A DNA stretch of 64,000 bases from Lama glama (lineage: Eukaryota), in assembly GCA_028534125.1 (NCBI GenBank), contig CM052817.1:63552001-63616000 (forward strand), written 5' to 3'. The first letter of the stretch is position 1. Every line of letters starts with the position of its first letter. The position numbers were made by a program, and so were the translations under genes. Below the pieces are notes generated by a model that saw nothing but the letters and a program-made list of their open reading frames with translations, did no database searches and was not told the DNA's origin. Positions 12,892 to 27,836 of this stretch are shown piece after piece.

Positions 12892-15800
12892 TTTTTTTAA
12901 TTTAAGTGAAGTTGATTTACAATGTTGTGTTTCTAGAATACATCAAAATGATTCAGTTACACGTATATATACTTTTTCATATTCTTTTCCATTATAGGTT
13001 ATTACAACATATTGAATATAGTTCCCTGTGCTATAAAGTAGGACCTTGTTGTTTATCTATTTTATATATAGTAGTGCATATCTGTTAATTCTAAGCTCCT
13101 AATTTATCTCTTCCTCCCCACCTTGGTAACTATGTTTGTTTTCTATGTCTGTGAGTCTGTTTCTTTTTTGTAATAGGATTATTTGTGTCACTTTAAATTC
13201 CACATATAAGTGATATCACATGATATTTGTTTATCCCTGATTTAGTTCACTTAGTATGGTAATCTCTGGGTCCATTCATGTTGCAGCAAATGACATTATT
13301 TATTATTGTTATAGCTGAGTAGTATTCCATTGTATAAATATACCACAACTTCTTTATCCAGTCACCTGTCTATGGACAGTTAGGTTAGGTCTATGTCTTG
13401 TCTACTATAAATAGTGCAGCTATGAACATTGAGGTGCATGTATATTTTCAAGTTAGAGTTTCCTCCACATATATGCCTAAGAGTGAAATTGCTGGATCTT
13501 ATGGTAACTCTATTTTTAGTTTTTTAAGGAATCTCCATATGGTTTTCCATGGTGGTTGCACCAATTTACATACCAGCCAACAGTGTAGGCAGGTTTCCTT
13601 TTCTCCACACCCTCTCCAGTATTTATTGTTTGTGGACATTTTAATGATGGCCATTCTGACTGATGTGAAGTGATACCTCATTGTAGTTTTGATCTACATT
13701 TCTCTAATAAATAGAGATGTTAAGCATCTTTTCATGTGCCTATTGGCCATTGGTATGCCTTCTTTGGAGAAATGTCTATTTAGGTCTTCTGCCCATTTTT
13801 TGATTGGGTTGTTTGTTTTTTGATATTGAGCTGTATGAGCTGTCTATATATTTGGGAAATTAATCCCTTGTTGTTTGCATCATTTGCAAATATTTTCTTT
13901 TAGTAGGTTGTCTTTTCATTTTGTTTGTGGTTTCCTTTGCTGGGCAAAAGCTATATGAGTTTGATTAGGTCCCATTTGTTTGTATTCCTTTTCTTTCTTT
14001 TGCCTTGGGAGACTGACCCATGGAAACATTGCTAAGATTTATGTCAGAGAATGTTGTGCCTATGTTCTCTTCTAGGAGTTTTATGATGTCATGTCTCATA
14101 TTTAAGTCTTTAAGCTATTCTGAGTTTATTTTGGCGTGTTGCCTTTGTAAGGAAGTGTTCTAACTGCATTGATTTATATGCAGATCTTCAGCTTTCCCAA
14201 CACCACTTGCTGAAAAGATTGTCTTTTCTCCTAAGATCGTCTGCCTCCTTTGTCGCAGATTAATTTACCATAAGTGCATAGGTTTATTTCTGGGCTCTCT
14301 ATTCTGTTCCATTGATTTATATATCTGTTTCTGTGTCAATAGCACGCTGTTTTGATTACTATATCTTTGTAGTACTGTCTGAAGTCTGGGAGGGTTATGC
14401 TCCAACTTTGTTCTTTTCCCTCAGGACTGCTTTGGCAATTCTGGGTCTTTTGTGGTTCTGTATAACTATTATGATTATTTGTTCTAGTTTAGTGAAAAAT
14501 ATCATGAGTAATTTGATAGGGATCACATTAAATCTGTAGATTGCTTTGGGTAGTATGGCCATTTTAACAATATTAATTCTTCCAATCCAAGAGCATGGGG
14601 TATCTTTCCATTTCTTTGAATCATTTTCAGTTTCTTTTATCAATGTTTTATAGTTCTCAGCATCTGTCTTTCACTTCCTTGGTCACGTTTATTCCTATGT
14701 ATTTTTTTAAATGTGATTTTTAAAAGGATTTTTGTTTTTTACTTTCTCTTTCTGATATTTCATTGTTAGTTAAAGAAATGCAACAGATTTCTGTATGTTA
14801 ATCTTGTATCCTGCTACCTTGCTGAATTTGTGTATCAGTTTTACTAGAACTTTAAAAGGTTTTCTATATAGAGTATTACATCATCTGCATATAATGACAA
14901 TTTTACATCTTCCCTTCCAATTTGGATACCTTTTATTTCGATTTGTTGTCTGATTGCTATGGCTAGGAATTCCAATACTATGTTGAATAGAAGTGGTGAG
15001 AGTGGGCATCCTTGTCTTGTTCTACATTTTAGTGGGAAAGCTTTCAACTTTTCACCATTAAGTATTATGTTAGCTGTGAGTTTGTCATAAATAGCTTTTA
15101 TTATGCTAAGATATGTTCTTCTATACCCACTTTGGTAAGAGTTTTTGTCATGGATGAATATTGCATTTTATTAAATGCTTTTTCTACATCTGTGAAGATG
15201 ATCATCTGGTTTTTGTCTTTTGTTGGTGTGGTATATCACATTGATTTGCATATGTTGAACCATCCTTGTGACTCTGGGATGAATCCAACTTGATCATGCT
15301 GTATGATCACTTAAATGTGTTGTTGGATTTGGTTTGCTAATATTTTGTTAAGGATTTTTGCATCTATATTTATCAAAGATATTGGCCTGTAATTATCTTT
15401 TTTGGTAGTGTCTTTGTCTGGTTTTGGTATCAGGGTGATGGTAGCTTCACAGAATGACTTTGGGAGTGTTCACTCCTCTTTAATATTTTATAGATCTTTG
15501 CGAAGGATCAGTATGAGTTCTCCTTTGTATGTTTTGTAGAATTCCCTAGTGAAGCCACCCAGTCCTGAACTTTTGTTTGCAGGGAATTTTTTTTTTAACA
15601 GATTTTATTTCACTTCTAGTGATTGGTCTGTTCAAATTATCTATTTCTTCTTGATTTATTTGGCGAGCTGTAAGTTTCTAGAAACTTGTCCATTTCTTCT
15701 AGGTTGTCCAATTTGTTGGTACATAATTGTTCATAGTATTCTTTTAGGATTTTTTTTTTTTGTACTTCTGTGGTGTCAGTGGTTATTTCTCCTCTTTCAC

Positions 15801-18800
15801 TTATTTTGTTTATTTGGGTCCTCTCTTTTCTTTTTGGTGAGTCTTGCAAGATTTTTGTCTAGCCTTTCAAAAAAACAAGCTCTTAATGTTATTGATTTTT
15901 CCTATTGTTTTTTAATCTACATTTGATTTATCTCCTCTCTGCTGCTGATTTTAGTTTTTATTTGTTCTTCTCTTTCTATTTCTTTTAGGTGGTAGGTTAG
16001 GTTGTTTATTTGGGATTCTTCTTTTTTGAGGAAGGCCTGTATTGCTATAAACTTCCCTCTTAAGACTGCTTTTGCTGAATCCCAAAGACTTTGTACGATT
16101 GTATTTTCTTTGTCATTTGTCTGTCTTGAGGCTTTTATGTTTGTTTGAATTTCCTCTGATTTCATCATTGACCCATTGGTTTTTTTTGTAGCATGTTGGT
16201 TAATCTCCATGTAATCATTTTTTCTTGTTCCTCTTCCTATGATTGATTATTAATTGTGTGTCGTTGTGGTCAGAAAAGACGTTTGAAATAATTGCAATAC
16301 TCTTAAAATTGTTGAGGCTTGTCTTATGCCCCAGTATGTTGTCTACCCTAGAAAATGTTCCATGTGCATTTGAAAAGAAAGTATACTCTTTTTTGGATGT
16401 AATGTCCTGAAGATATCAATTAAGTCTCACTGTTGTATGGTGTCACTTAAGAGTGTCTGTTGCCTTACTCATTCTGTCTGGAAGATCTGTTCATTGATGT
16501 CAGTGGAGTGTTAAAGTCTCCTACTATTATTGTATTCCCATCAATTTTTCTGTTTATGTCTATTAGTCTTTGTTTTATGTATCTAGGTGCTCCTATATTA
16601 GGTGCATATATGCTAAACGAGTATAATATCCTCTTCTTGTGTTGATCTTTTTATCATTTTATAAGTCCTTTTTATCTTTCTTTATGACCTTTATTTTAAA
16701 GTCTATTTTGTCTGAGTATTGCTATCCCCACTTTCTTGTCATTACTATTTGCATGAAACGTTTTTTTTTCCATCCCCTCACTTTCAATCTATGTGTGTCC
16801 TCCACCATAAAGTGGGTCTCTTGTAAGCAGCATATTGTAGGCTCTTATTTTGTTATCCAGTCTGTCACACTGTGTCTTTTGTTTGGAGCATTTAGTTTAT
16901 TGACATGTAAGATAGTTATTGATAGGTACGTATTTATTGCCATTTTAAACTTGGTTTTCCAGTTGATTTTCCATTTTTTCCTTGTTCCTTTCTTTTTCTT
17001 TTCATTTTTTCCTTTTGTGGTTTGATTTCTTTTGGTTTTTGTGAATCTATTGTAGGTTTCTGATTTGTGGTTACCCTGGTTTTCAAGTATATTAACCTAG
17101 TACTGAATCTACTTGCTTTAGACTAGTAGTCATATAAGCTCAAGCACATTATACAAAAAAGGAAATCTACATTTTCTTAGTCCCCTCCCCCACATTTTAT
17201 GATTTTGATGTCCTGCCAGCATCTTCATGTTTATCCTTGTACTGTTCATTTTAATTATAATAGCTTTCATAATTAAAAAGAATTATGTCCTGGCCTTTTT
17301 AAGTGATCTACAATCCTTTTATATATTTGCTTTCTCTGTTGTGATTTTTCCTTTCCTATAGATTCTTGCTTTTTTTCTATTTAGAGAAGACTTTTCAATA
17401 TTTCTTTTAGAATAGGTTTAGTATTGCTGTATTCTTTCAGTCTTTGCTTGTCTGAGAAATTGTTTCTCTCCTTCTGTTCTAAATGATAATTTTGCCTTGT
17501 AGAGTACCCTAGGTTGTAGTTTTTTTACCCTTTCAGGACTCTGAATATATCTTGCTACTTCTTTCTGGTTTGGAACATTTCTGTAGAGAATTCAGCTGAT
17601 AGCCTTATGGGGGTTCCATTGAAACTAACTCCGTTTCTTCTCTTGCTGCTTTTGGAATCGTCTCTTTCTCTTTAACTTTTGTCATTTTAATTATAATATG
17701 TCTTGGTGTAGGTCTGTTCGGATTCATCTGGTTTGGGACCCTATGTGCTTCCTGAAAGTGGGTATCTGTTTCCTTCTTTAAGTTTGGGAAGTTTTCAGCT
17801 ATAATTTCCTCAAATACATTTTTGATCCTCTTTTCTCTTTTCCTTCCCGGATTCCTATTATGCATAGATTGGCATGCTTTATATTTCATAGGTTTCATCT
17901 ATTGATTTTTTTTCACTTGTTCTTATGTCTGCTGTTGTGATTGGGTGATTTGTTATTCTATCTTCCAGAGCATTTATTCACTCTTCTGCATTATTTAGTT
18001 TGCTATTTATTGCCTTTAGCTCAGTTTTCATAGAAATTGAGTTGCCTAATTTTGAGTGGCTCCTCTTTGTTTCCAGTTTCTTATTACAGTGATCTGCATT
18101 TCTATTGACAGCTTTTTAAAATTCCTTCAGCATTTTTATTACATCCTTTTTTAACTCGGGTTCTGGTAGACTGAAAATGTCTGTTTCATTGTTTATTTTT
18201 TTCAGGGAATTTCTCTTGCTCTTTTAATTGGGAGGAATTCCTCTGCTTCTCCATTTCACTTATATTTCCCTAACTCTATGAATTTAGGAGAAACAGCTAT
18301 CTACTTTGTTCTTGAAGGGCTATTTTTATGTAGAAGCATTCCTGCGTAGCCTGTGTGAGTCTGTTACTTTTGTTGCAGGGGCTGTGTTTGGTCTGGATGC
18401 CTTCCACATCTTTCCTCAGGGTGTGCTGGCCATTAGTCATCTCTCTGATAGGGAGTGTGATTGGTGGTGTGGTAACTAGAGCCTGTACTGGATATTAGAC
18501 ATGGCTTCCTCTTTGCTCTGTGGTCATCACAGCCCTGTTGGGGGCAGGGTCTGCTCCCTAGTTATTGGAGTAGAAGCCTCCAGGTCCACTACTAAGCTGC
18601 AGTGTGAGGTAGGCAGGATTGGAGCACTCTCACTTAGAAAGAAGCCACTGAGCATTCCTCTGCAGGAGCTGTCTACCAGGACATGTGCTCTGTGATCTCA
18701 CCTGTCACCCATTGTGAGCTCACAAAGTACACCGTTGTTGGCACTGCCCTCAGCCCACCTCATCTGTGGGAAAGCTGGCAATTGGCATGGAAGTCCATTA

Positions 18801-18921
18801 GGCACTGCATTCACAAAGCTACCAGCACAGATTGGCTGAAGACGCACACCCTGACCCACTGTGGGAGTGCCAGGAATAAGCCCAGACTCCAGCCTCGCCT
18901 CCTCTGTGCACACACCCACAA
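12892..18921 (-). mobile_element. Near full-length decayed LINE-1 (partial 5'UTR, ORF1, ORF2, 3'UTR)
   Basis: ORF1 remnant 17605..17898 (FEEIIAENFPNL...RPTPRHIIIKM); RT remnant 14844..15047 ([17 protein letters not shown]...SLYADD); ORFs 14395..14643 and 13499..13681; candidate TSD AGATTTCTGTTGACTTT (12875-12891) / AGATTTCCTTTGGCTTT (18922-18938), 3 mismatches. Confidence 0.95.
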
Positions 18922-19070
18922 AGATTTCCTTTGGCTTTGCATCACAATAACTTGTTTTTGCCTCCAAAGGCATATTTTAACTAATAACAGAAGGATTCAA
19001 CACTGAATTCATTCTTACGTAGCCTAAGTATATAAATTTACATTTTAAGTTGTTTGTGATTTATGCATTC

Positions 19071-19516
19071 TGTGTTAGTTTGCTAGGGCTGCCAGAGCAA
19101 AGCACCACAAACTGGGTGGCCCAAACACCAGAAACTTATTATCTCACAGTTCTGGAGGCTGAAAGTTTGAGATCAAGGTGTTGGCAGGGTTGAGTCTTTC
19201 TCTGGGCTATGAGGGCGAATCTGTCCCATGCCTCTCGCCTAGCTCTGGTAGTTTTCTGGTAAACTTCCGTGTCCCTTAGCTTCTGCTACATTACCCTGAT
19301 TTCTGTTTCATCATCGCATGGACCTCTCTCTGTGTGCATCCATACAGAGAAAATTCTCCCTTTTATAAGGACAGAGTCATAATGGAGTAGGGTCTACCCT
19401 AATGATCTGTCTTAACGTAATGATATGCAAACATCCTATTTCCAAGTAAAGTCACGTTCACAGATACTGGAAGTCTGGATATCAACATCTTCTTGGAGGA
19501 CACATTTCAGCCATAT
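19071..19516 (-). mobile_element. MaLR solo LTR (MLT1B/C-like)
   Basis: 'tgtgttagtttgctagggctgcc...caccacaaactgggtggc...ctcacagttctggaggctgaaagtttgagatcaaggtgttggcaggg'. Confidence 0.85.
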
Positions 19517-21571
19517 ATATATGAAAGATTTTTTCACATGCACAAGTAAGTTACAACAAATTCTAGTAAGATATATACATTGAAGATGACCTAGTAATTC
19601 CAGTAACATTGCTATAATATTTAGCCTGAGCAAAAGAAAAAGAAAAACTTTATACTTTGTTTTGCTGCATGTCTTATTTTATCATCAATGTGACATGGGT
19701 AGAATTTATCTCAGTAAACTGACATATACTGACTGTTACTACATGCAAAACATTTTGCTACACACTTTGGGTGATATGAAGATACACAAGTTTAGGACTT
19801 TGCTTTTTAATAATTTATAATGTATTTATAAAAATAGCAAGGATACAAAGACATTTAAGTCTACACTCTGCAATTTAAGAAAAATGTTAGAGTCCTTCGG
19901 TTTTGTACACATTTCTTCATTGCAGAGTTTTGTTTATACTCTGAGAGCTGGAAGTTGTGAAGAGACCTTGAATCTTGTAATTCTATGAATTTATACCTCC
20001 ATTTATACTGAGACTGATTATAATAGAACAAGACCTTTTCAACTGATAAAGGAAATTTAAAGCATTTTTATTGCTGAATAAAACAGTGATTGATTGCACA
20101 AAAGTTTCAATTGGTAGTTAACTTCTTGTTACAGGATTAGAATTTTACATTTATTTGACATTCATGAAAATTTATCTTTAGGTATTAATTGCATGGCTTC
20201 AGTTGAGAGTGAACCACGTTAGGCACAGAATCTGGGAAAATAGTATTTCCTTTGCCTAAAAATTTGCTGTGTGACCCCTTAGCAAACAGCAGACAATATA
20301 TTATCACTCTTACATAAAGTTCTGATTAATGCTATAGCAATTCAATTTCCTTGTCTCACTACTGTTTAAAAAAGAACAAAAATTTAGGCAAGTGAGACCA
20401 TTCTCTTGAGAAGATGGGTTTAAGTGTCATGATCTGTATAATCCTATAGATTACATAGAATCCCTTTTCACTTCTGAAGCAGTTTACAAGATTAAATTCA
20501 AAATGATATCATTTGTATTTTTGGGATAGAGTCTTTTTACAAATCGTTTACAACAAGATTTAAGACATACTTAAACTTGGGAAGAGAAGATAAGCTTCAG
20601 CAAAGAATTTATGCCTCCCCTATGATATCATCTGCTAAGAATAATGTTAAATCCAACTTCAGATCTTTGTAGAGAAAATTATATGTATAGGCTCCAAGGT
20701 AAACTAAAGACAATTGATCAATAAGATCTACCTCACATAAAGAAAATACCATAATCCACAGGGCATGTATCATTCTGGATATCTGAATTATCTAGATTCC
20801 TGAGCTATAACCTTTTAAATACTATCAATTAAAATTTTTAATTACTTTAAAGGCTACATTTCTTCAACATACTCTGTGCTTCACTGTCATGTTAAGTAGA
20901 AGATGTTTAATGAAGCTTTCTTTACACCATAGTCATTATTAGTTAATATTTTTTACTTAATACAGCAAAATATGGTATCAGGCACAGATGTATAATAAAC
21001 AGGTTGAGTCCTGAGGGGGCCCCGACCAAGACATGGGCCCTGAATTTTCTTTCTTGATGTCAGTTTGCTTTTTAAATATGTCGCCTCATTATAGAAGCTG
21101 CCTTGTGAAAAATTAATTGGTATCTCATGATTTGATGTTACCTTCTATGTGGCTTTCTTATTGTTCAGAAAATTATATTCTTCATTACGTTAATCACCGT
21201 CACTCAAAGTTTTATCTCTGACTGAATACTGTTGGCTCAAAAGTCCTTCCCAAAATCTTGTATCGTTTCTTCTGTAGTAAGTATCTCACTTTCAAAAAAC
21301 ATAAGGAAAACACATGCCGTATCTTTTTAAGAATTAGGTTAAAAAAATTTTGGAGAGGTAGCTTACTATAAGTTCAATACATATAAGAGATTTTTGTAGA
21401 CAAGACTCTAAAATATTCTTAGTGTTTGACATTTATTCGAATTCTAGGTGTAAGTAATATGGATCATACTTAACCTACATAAATATTACATTTAGTATTT
21501 ATGAGTACAAGATTACAAATCAAAGAACCTTTTTTATCTTGATTTTTATAGATAAGACTCAGCTTTTAAAA

Positions 21572-21728
21572 TACATAGTGCATTGAACGATGCAGGAGTT
21601 AGGGGCACCATTGTGTGCACAGTGGAAAATCTACATATAACTTTGCAGTCAACCTTACAAGCTCATGGTTCTGCATCCATGGGTTCAACTAACTGCAGAT
21701 CTCTTCTGGCAATGTAGTATTTATTGAG
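21572..21728. mobile_element. TcMar-Tigger-type non-autonomous DNA transposon fragment
   Basis: 'ttgaacgatgcaggagttaggggcacc...cagtggaaaatctacatataacttt...ggttctgcatccatgggttcaactaactgcagatc'. Confidence 0.6.
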
Positions 21729-22849
21729 GATAATCATGGGGAGGTCTGATTTAAAACAATGGGAAACTTAAAATAAGGCACATAAAATACATTTTTAGCA
21801 ACCTTGGTGATAATGAGGTAGATAATAAATTCCAGAACTGCTAAAACTGAGTTACAACACTAGTTTTAAAATAGCTGCTGATTGGGAAAATAAGCTATAT
21901 TAATTAAAATGCCAGAGAGCAAGAAAATAAATGTCTAATTTAAAGTCAGATACAAACTTAGAAGTCACAAGGGTAGATCATTCAAATAACAGATCCTGTT
22001 TGCAATTTAGCTGCTTCTCACACAGGGAACTTTAGGCAGCTGCCCCAGAGTGAGTAAGAGCAGGAATTTATGTTACCACAGCTCGTGATAACCTTGGGCA
22101 ACTCCTACTTCTGAAATCCCTTGTGTAATAACATTTAATATCCTGAACATTAACATATTTAGCAAATATTAAATTGGTCAGTAATACTAAAGGACAAAAG
22201 ATGATTAAAAAATACTCCTAAACAAAAAACTGCCTCCTCAATGAACTCTATAATCATTAAATAAGAGATGAGTTTCCTCAAGAAAACCTAATGTCAAATG
22301 ATACTGATAATTCAATTGAAAGAGATGAGAACAAACTAAAGCAAGTAAGAGACTTATTGGATGAAATTATTGGAAAGGATTAGTTGGTGGTACGGGGAAG
22401 GCTTTTCTAACTAGTTCTGTTTTTCTAATGAGTTCTGATCTAGAAAAATTTTAAACGATTTTTACAGATGTTTACAGATGTTAGAATTATTCAATTGAAT
22501 AATTAATATGTTATCTTAAGAGTTGTGACTGGCAACTTTCTCCTACATTCTAAATTTTCATTTTTCTATTTTCCTTTTATGAACATATTTTCATATTATG
22601 TAATACAGAAGAACAGAATTAAGAAAAAGACAATAAAATTATAAAGTTTTATCTTAAATGAATACACGCAAGGGTGTTGCAACATATGTAATACACTTCA
22701 AATGCTTGATCATCTGAACTTCCTGTGACCAGAATTAGATTTTACATGATTCACATGGCATATAAAAAGGCAACTGCTGAAGAAATACCATATGGATAAA
22801 AGCAGTTGTATTCTTTTATTTATTTGTTCTTCTCCGTAAGTTGGGGATT

Positions 22850-23025
22850 ATGTAGCTAGAGTTTAACTTCATCACATAAACACCTAGAGAGAAATACAGG
22901 TTCCAGGGCTCCACCCAAGAGTACAGACCATAGCAGCTGGGGAGTTGTTAGATGTTGGGGGGTTCTGTTGTGTTATCAACTCATTTGGTAATTGTTAAGC
23001 AGTATCTATGTTTGAAAACTACTGA
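22850..23025. mobile_element. MER5-like hAT relic
   Basis: 'cacctagaga...aaatacaggttccagggctccacc...tttgaaaactactg'. Confidence 0.45.
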
Positions 23026-25499
23026 TCAAGCACATCACCTGCTTTATTTTACAGCCATAGAACAAAGAACTAGGTGATTGAGCGATATGCTCAGGGTTTA
23101 CCTAGCCAGGACGTGAGCTGAAGGTTTCCATCAACCATAAGTTCTGTGCTGTTTTTCCAGCTCAGTTTGGTTTAATTCATCCAGGATTCAGTGACCATTT
23201 ATTCTGAGTTTTATTGTTCCAATCTTGAATGATTAATTTTAGATAAAGTTTTCTTAAACTCGAATATATTGAAAGATTTCAGGGCTTGAATCCTCTGAAC
23301 TTATGCTAAATTTTAGGTTATTTATTTAAGTCCATTTTTAATCAATGAAGTTTCCATAACTTTTATCAAAAATTTCAAGGAGAAGAAATTATACTACCTC
23401 TTAAAATGAAGAATTTTTGTTCCAAATCTGTACCTCTGATTTGTTGTTCAGGGCCACATCAGAAGTAGAGCATTAACCCCCCAAGAGGCTTGGTATTTAA
23501 TATTTATCTTCCTCAAATATATAGGCTACTGGGGGAGTTGTTACTACACTTTAATCTTTTTCTCTTGCTCTCCTATTTGTACATAAAATTTATACAAATT
23601 AAGACATACTGAATATTCCTTTTATGATTTTTATTGTCCACTTTTACAATTTCAGAGAAATAAAGAGTAAGAAAATAAATCAAGTGGATAACACATACAC
23701 AATAACATCATTGACTTTGTTCCAACATGCCTAGTGTTTGGAAAGTAATTGCATCGTCTGGTCAGGGAATGAGATTCTAAAGTAAAAAAGAAAGGCTTTT
23801 CATCAGATGTCTTTATTTGGCATTATATTTTATATGAAAGCATTAGTAATATATATTTAGAAAGAATGCAACAAATACACATACTGTTTTTGTGGTGGGA
23901 AATTTTTTGAGGAAAAAATAGAGACTTAAATGTTTTGCAAGAACAAATTCTTCTCTCTTGAGGTTAGAAGAGCAATTTATGATCCTTTGAGCAGTTGATG
24001 GAGGACATCATCAAAGTGGAATTACTTTGTGAGAAACCTGTCAGCTTACCTTTACATTAATAGATAATACCTGTGGAATCTATCTGTGGGGAAAGAAAAG
24101 CTGTTTCAGTAAGCGGTGACTCTGATGTACTTTTCAACCTAAGCTAGTTACGTTATCTCAAAGTGAAAAGAAAAACAAAATTGCAAAATACCCTTTTTTC
24201 TAACCAAATTGACTATTATTGATATCAGGTAGTTCAGATTATGTCAGAATCCTAGCTTTTGGATTGTCCTAATGACCATGCTGGAGACCCAGACTAGTTA
24301 AAAGTATGGATTAAAATACATATTATACCTGCAATTGTTTGGATGTTACATCATAATCATAGTGAATTTAATAAGTTGAAGTATCAACTGATAGACCAGA
24401 AAAGAAGTTGCAACAAAATAAGCTGCTAAAACTTTCAAAACATAATTTGATATACTGATTTATGCATTGATGAATATCTGGTGAGTGGTGATCCTTTATA
24501 ATATAATTGGATTTAAAATGCCACTTGTAACAATAAAAAGCTGTACTACATTTTATCTTAAGAGAAACATCCATTTTTCTCACTAAGTTTCATGTATGTA
24601 AGACTATAGATGTCAGAAATATATTATATTCATTTCCATTATGGCCAGGAACACTTAACAAAATGTGACTTATTTGACCCAAAGTAAACCTGTGAAGTCC
24701 AGAGAATTTGGTGACATCACCCTTGCTATTTGATATTCAAGTGATGATTCCTTCCCAATTTTTAATCATCCAACACTCTTCTGTTATCTAGCTTGTTCCC
24801 CTTCACCCAAACATGGGTGGTGCTGACAGCAGCCATTTGAACATGTTTAACTAATGTATTTTTCTTTAGAGTTAGTGTAGTAGCTCAGCCAAGCATTAAA
24901 CTCCTCTCTAACTGTAAAATATAAAATTGTTTTTCTTGGAAGTTAATTAAAGGAGGGAGCCTCTAAATGACACTATATTTACTGAAATGCAGAATAATTC
25001 TGAATGCAAAGCTGATGTCATTTTTTGAGGTTCTCTAGTGGTAATGGTAGTAGAATATATAAACAGAAAAGATGGAAGCTGTCTTTCTGTTCATCTGTCA
25101 TAGTAATGTTGCACAGTGAGCTAGTCTGCTGTATCTTCTGAAGGTTTACTGCACAGAGGGCTTGGGATGTGGGTGGGCACATCTGGGACACAAAAACATA
25201 TTTGAGGGTCTTATTTTTGCGTGACATCATGTAAAAATGAACATATAACCTTAACATGTTCTTTCAGTTTATAATGTGTCAATAATTCTCAGAGAAATTA
25301 ATATGCAAGTAAGTTAACAAATAAATATATTTCCTTAAAAATAATGTATACTTCCAGTAGGATGATAAGTAGTTACATGTCAGGATATATTATGCCTAGG
25401 AAATATTCTTTTTAGTTATAAACGTTCATCAAAGACATAATAGGCTTTCAAGAATTGCTTGAGTGGTAAAAGGGAAACAGCTTAGCAAACTATAGTAAA

Positions 25500-27450
25500 G
25501 GAAGGATTTCAGATATGGCAGAGTAAGTTGTTGCAGACAAAGTCTCTAAGAAAAATTAGGGAATTTATTTTTGTTTCCATCTAGTCAGGAGAGTGGAGAA
25601 CTACACAAACAACCATGTCTTGTAGGGGCAGGAACCTAGTGAGAAGGGTGAGGAGGGAACAACACTGAGGTGAGCATTACATTGCCCTGAAGGACTCTTT
25701 TAGTTCCTTAGCAGCACAAGACCAAAAGGCAGCCACAAAGTAGGTCGGACGCTAAGATGAGAGATTGGCCTTTTTAGGGTCTATAGAAATAAACCTTATA
25801 GTTCAAGTCCAAGACAGCAGGACTTGAGGGGACAAAGGTTCCAAAGAAAAGGGAAGAACGTGGATGAAAGTCTGGCATTGTGTCATTTGCTAAATTTTAT
25901 TTGATGTACAGCCAAGAATATAGGAAGTAGAGTCAAAAGTGGCAGGTAAAGATCTGGGCAGCCTCACAGAGTGTTTGGCAATTTCACATGATGGAGGGAA
26001 GAAAACTGGAGGAGAAACTCTAGTCCTTATCACTGACTTCCTGTTGGGATCACAGAAAGGTTACACCCTACGAACATGGGTGATGAGAATTAGATCAACT
26101 CTCACAAAAATGGAAAGCTCAGTCCTAAACAAGCAAAATTCCATGCTGGAAAAAATTGATCTGCCCCATATTTAAGGTGCCTGAGAGAAAGCAGAAGGAT
26201 ATTCTGTCTGGAGGAAGATAATGTGATTATCTCTAAAGTTTTTCACAAGTTATGACCTACATTTGATCAAACTTATTAGGCATGCCAGGAAATAGAAAAG
26301 ACAAACTAAGAAGATAAATAAACAATATGAGCAGATCCAAAGATGAACCAGATCTGGAGTTTCATACTATGGCCTATATGAACGGCAAAATGCTTAACAA
26401 AATTGACAAGATGGAAAATCTCACCATGTTATTGAGGTCTATAAATAATAACCAAGTGGAAATTATAGACATAATATAATAATTGACATTAAGAATGCAG
26501 TAGATGTATTTAATTACAGATTAGACTATTGAAGAAACGATCAGTGAACTAGAAGAGAGGTTGTTAAAAATATATATATACAGACTGGAGTAGAGAGAGA
26601 AAAGAGGGTCTATGATACAGAAAAGAACATACAAGATACATGATATCGATGAAAAGATTTAACAGCTGCAATTGCATATTCAAAATAAGAAGAGAGAGAA
26701 TGTTACAAATGTTATAAAAGCAGTATTTAAGAGATAATGGGTGAGAATTTCCCACAACTGATAAAGATACCCGTCCACACAATCCAGAAGTTTAGGAAAC
26801 ATGGAGGAGGACGGGGGCGGGAAGCAAGAAAACCTTAGGCATGTTAGAGTAAAATTAGTTTTTAAAAAATGCATAAGGAAAATTTGAAAAAGCAGCCAGA
26901 TAAATAAAAGACACATTACATTACAAGAAAAACTGTTTCTTAAAGAACCATGGAAGGCAGAAGATAATGCAATGATATGTTTAAAATGCTGAAAGAAAGT
27001 ATGTGTGAACTAGGAATTCTTTATCCAGGAAAAACACTCTTCAAAAATGAAGATGAAATAAAAATATTTCCAAACAAAACCTGAGAGAACTTATCAAAGC
27101 AAACCTGCATGAACCTATGTATTAAAAGGAGTTTATTAGACAGAAGAATACTCCCAAAGAGAAGCACAGAAATGAGGATGGAATGATGAGCAGTGGAGCA
27201 TAAACATGTGGGTAAATCTAATCAGTGTAACTCAAACAATGATGATAATAACCCCTCTGGGGTTAAAAAAGAGCTACAGGATTGAAAATTATGACAGTTA
27301 TAGCATAAACGGCAAAGCAGTAGTTTTAAGTGAAATAAGATAGGTTTTAAATCTTTGCATTTTATAGGAAGTACTGCATATTAACTAATAATGATTATGA
27401 GTAAAGTTAATGGGCTATTGCTCTCTGTCATAACAAAATATATAATAGAA
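25500..27450 (+). mobile_element. Old LINE-1 5'UTR and ORF1 relic (L1M-type)
   Basis: Starts 'ttcagatatggcagagtaag'; ORF1-like 'gaagaaacgatcagtgaactagaaga', 'gtatttaagagataatgggtgagaatttccca', 'ggaattctttatccagg...ttcaaaaatgaagatgaaataaaaatatttcc'. Confidence 0.75.
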
Positions 27451-27551
27451 GCAAAAGTATAATGTGTGAAATGGAATTGAAAATAAGACATTATTGTAGA
27501 AGTGTTTTCCAACATTAATTCACTATTCCTAAACATGGATTCTTTCTAGAC

Positions 27552-27836
27552 TAGTACTGTTCAATAGAAATATAGTATGAGTGTATGACCATATTAAACA
27601 AGTAAAAATAAACATGAAAATAAGCATAATATTATATTTAATATAACATATCTGAAATATTACCATTTCAACATGTAATAAGTATAACTATTAATCAGAT
27701 ATTTTACACCCTTGTTGTCAAAGTCTTCAAAATCTGGTGTGTATTTTAGACTTACAGCACATCTCAATTTGAATTAACCACATTTAGGTGCTCAGTAGTT
27801 ACGTGTGGTTAGTTGCTACCATTATGGACAGCGGAG
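27552..27836. mobile_element. hAT-Charlie MER33-like element
   Basis: Termini 'tagtactgttcaataga' / 'attatggacagcggag'; 8-bp hAT-type TSD TTCTAGAC (27544-27551) / GTCTAGAC (27837-27844). Confidence 0.85.

Noticed and set aside
13398..17898. Many 60-130 aa ORFs on both strands
   Set aside because: Broken L1 ORF1/ORF2 fragments and their antisense shadows; no intact L1 ORF and no host gene.
25018..25257. Minus-strand acceptor at 25183 and 79-aa ORF
   Set aside because: Only a weak donor (GCA|gtaaac) nearby and an unrecognised peptide; insufficient support.
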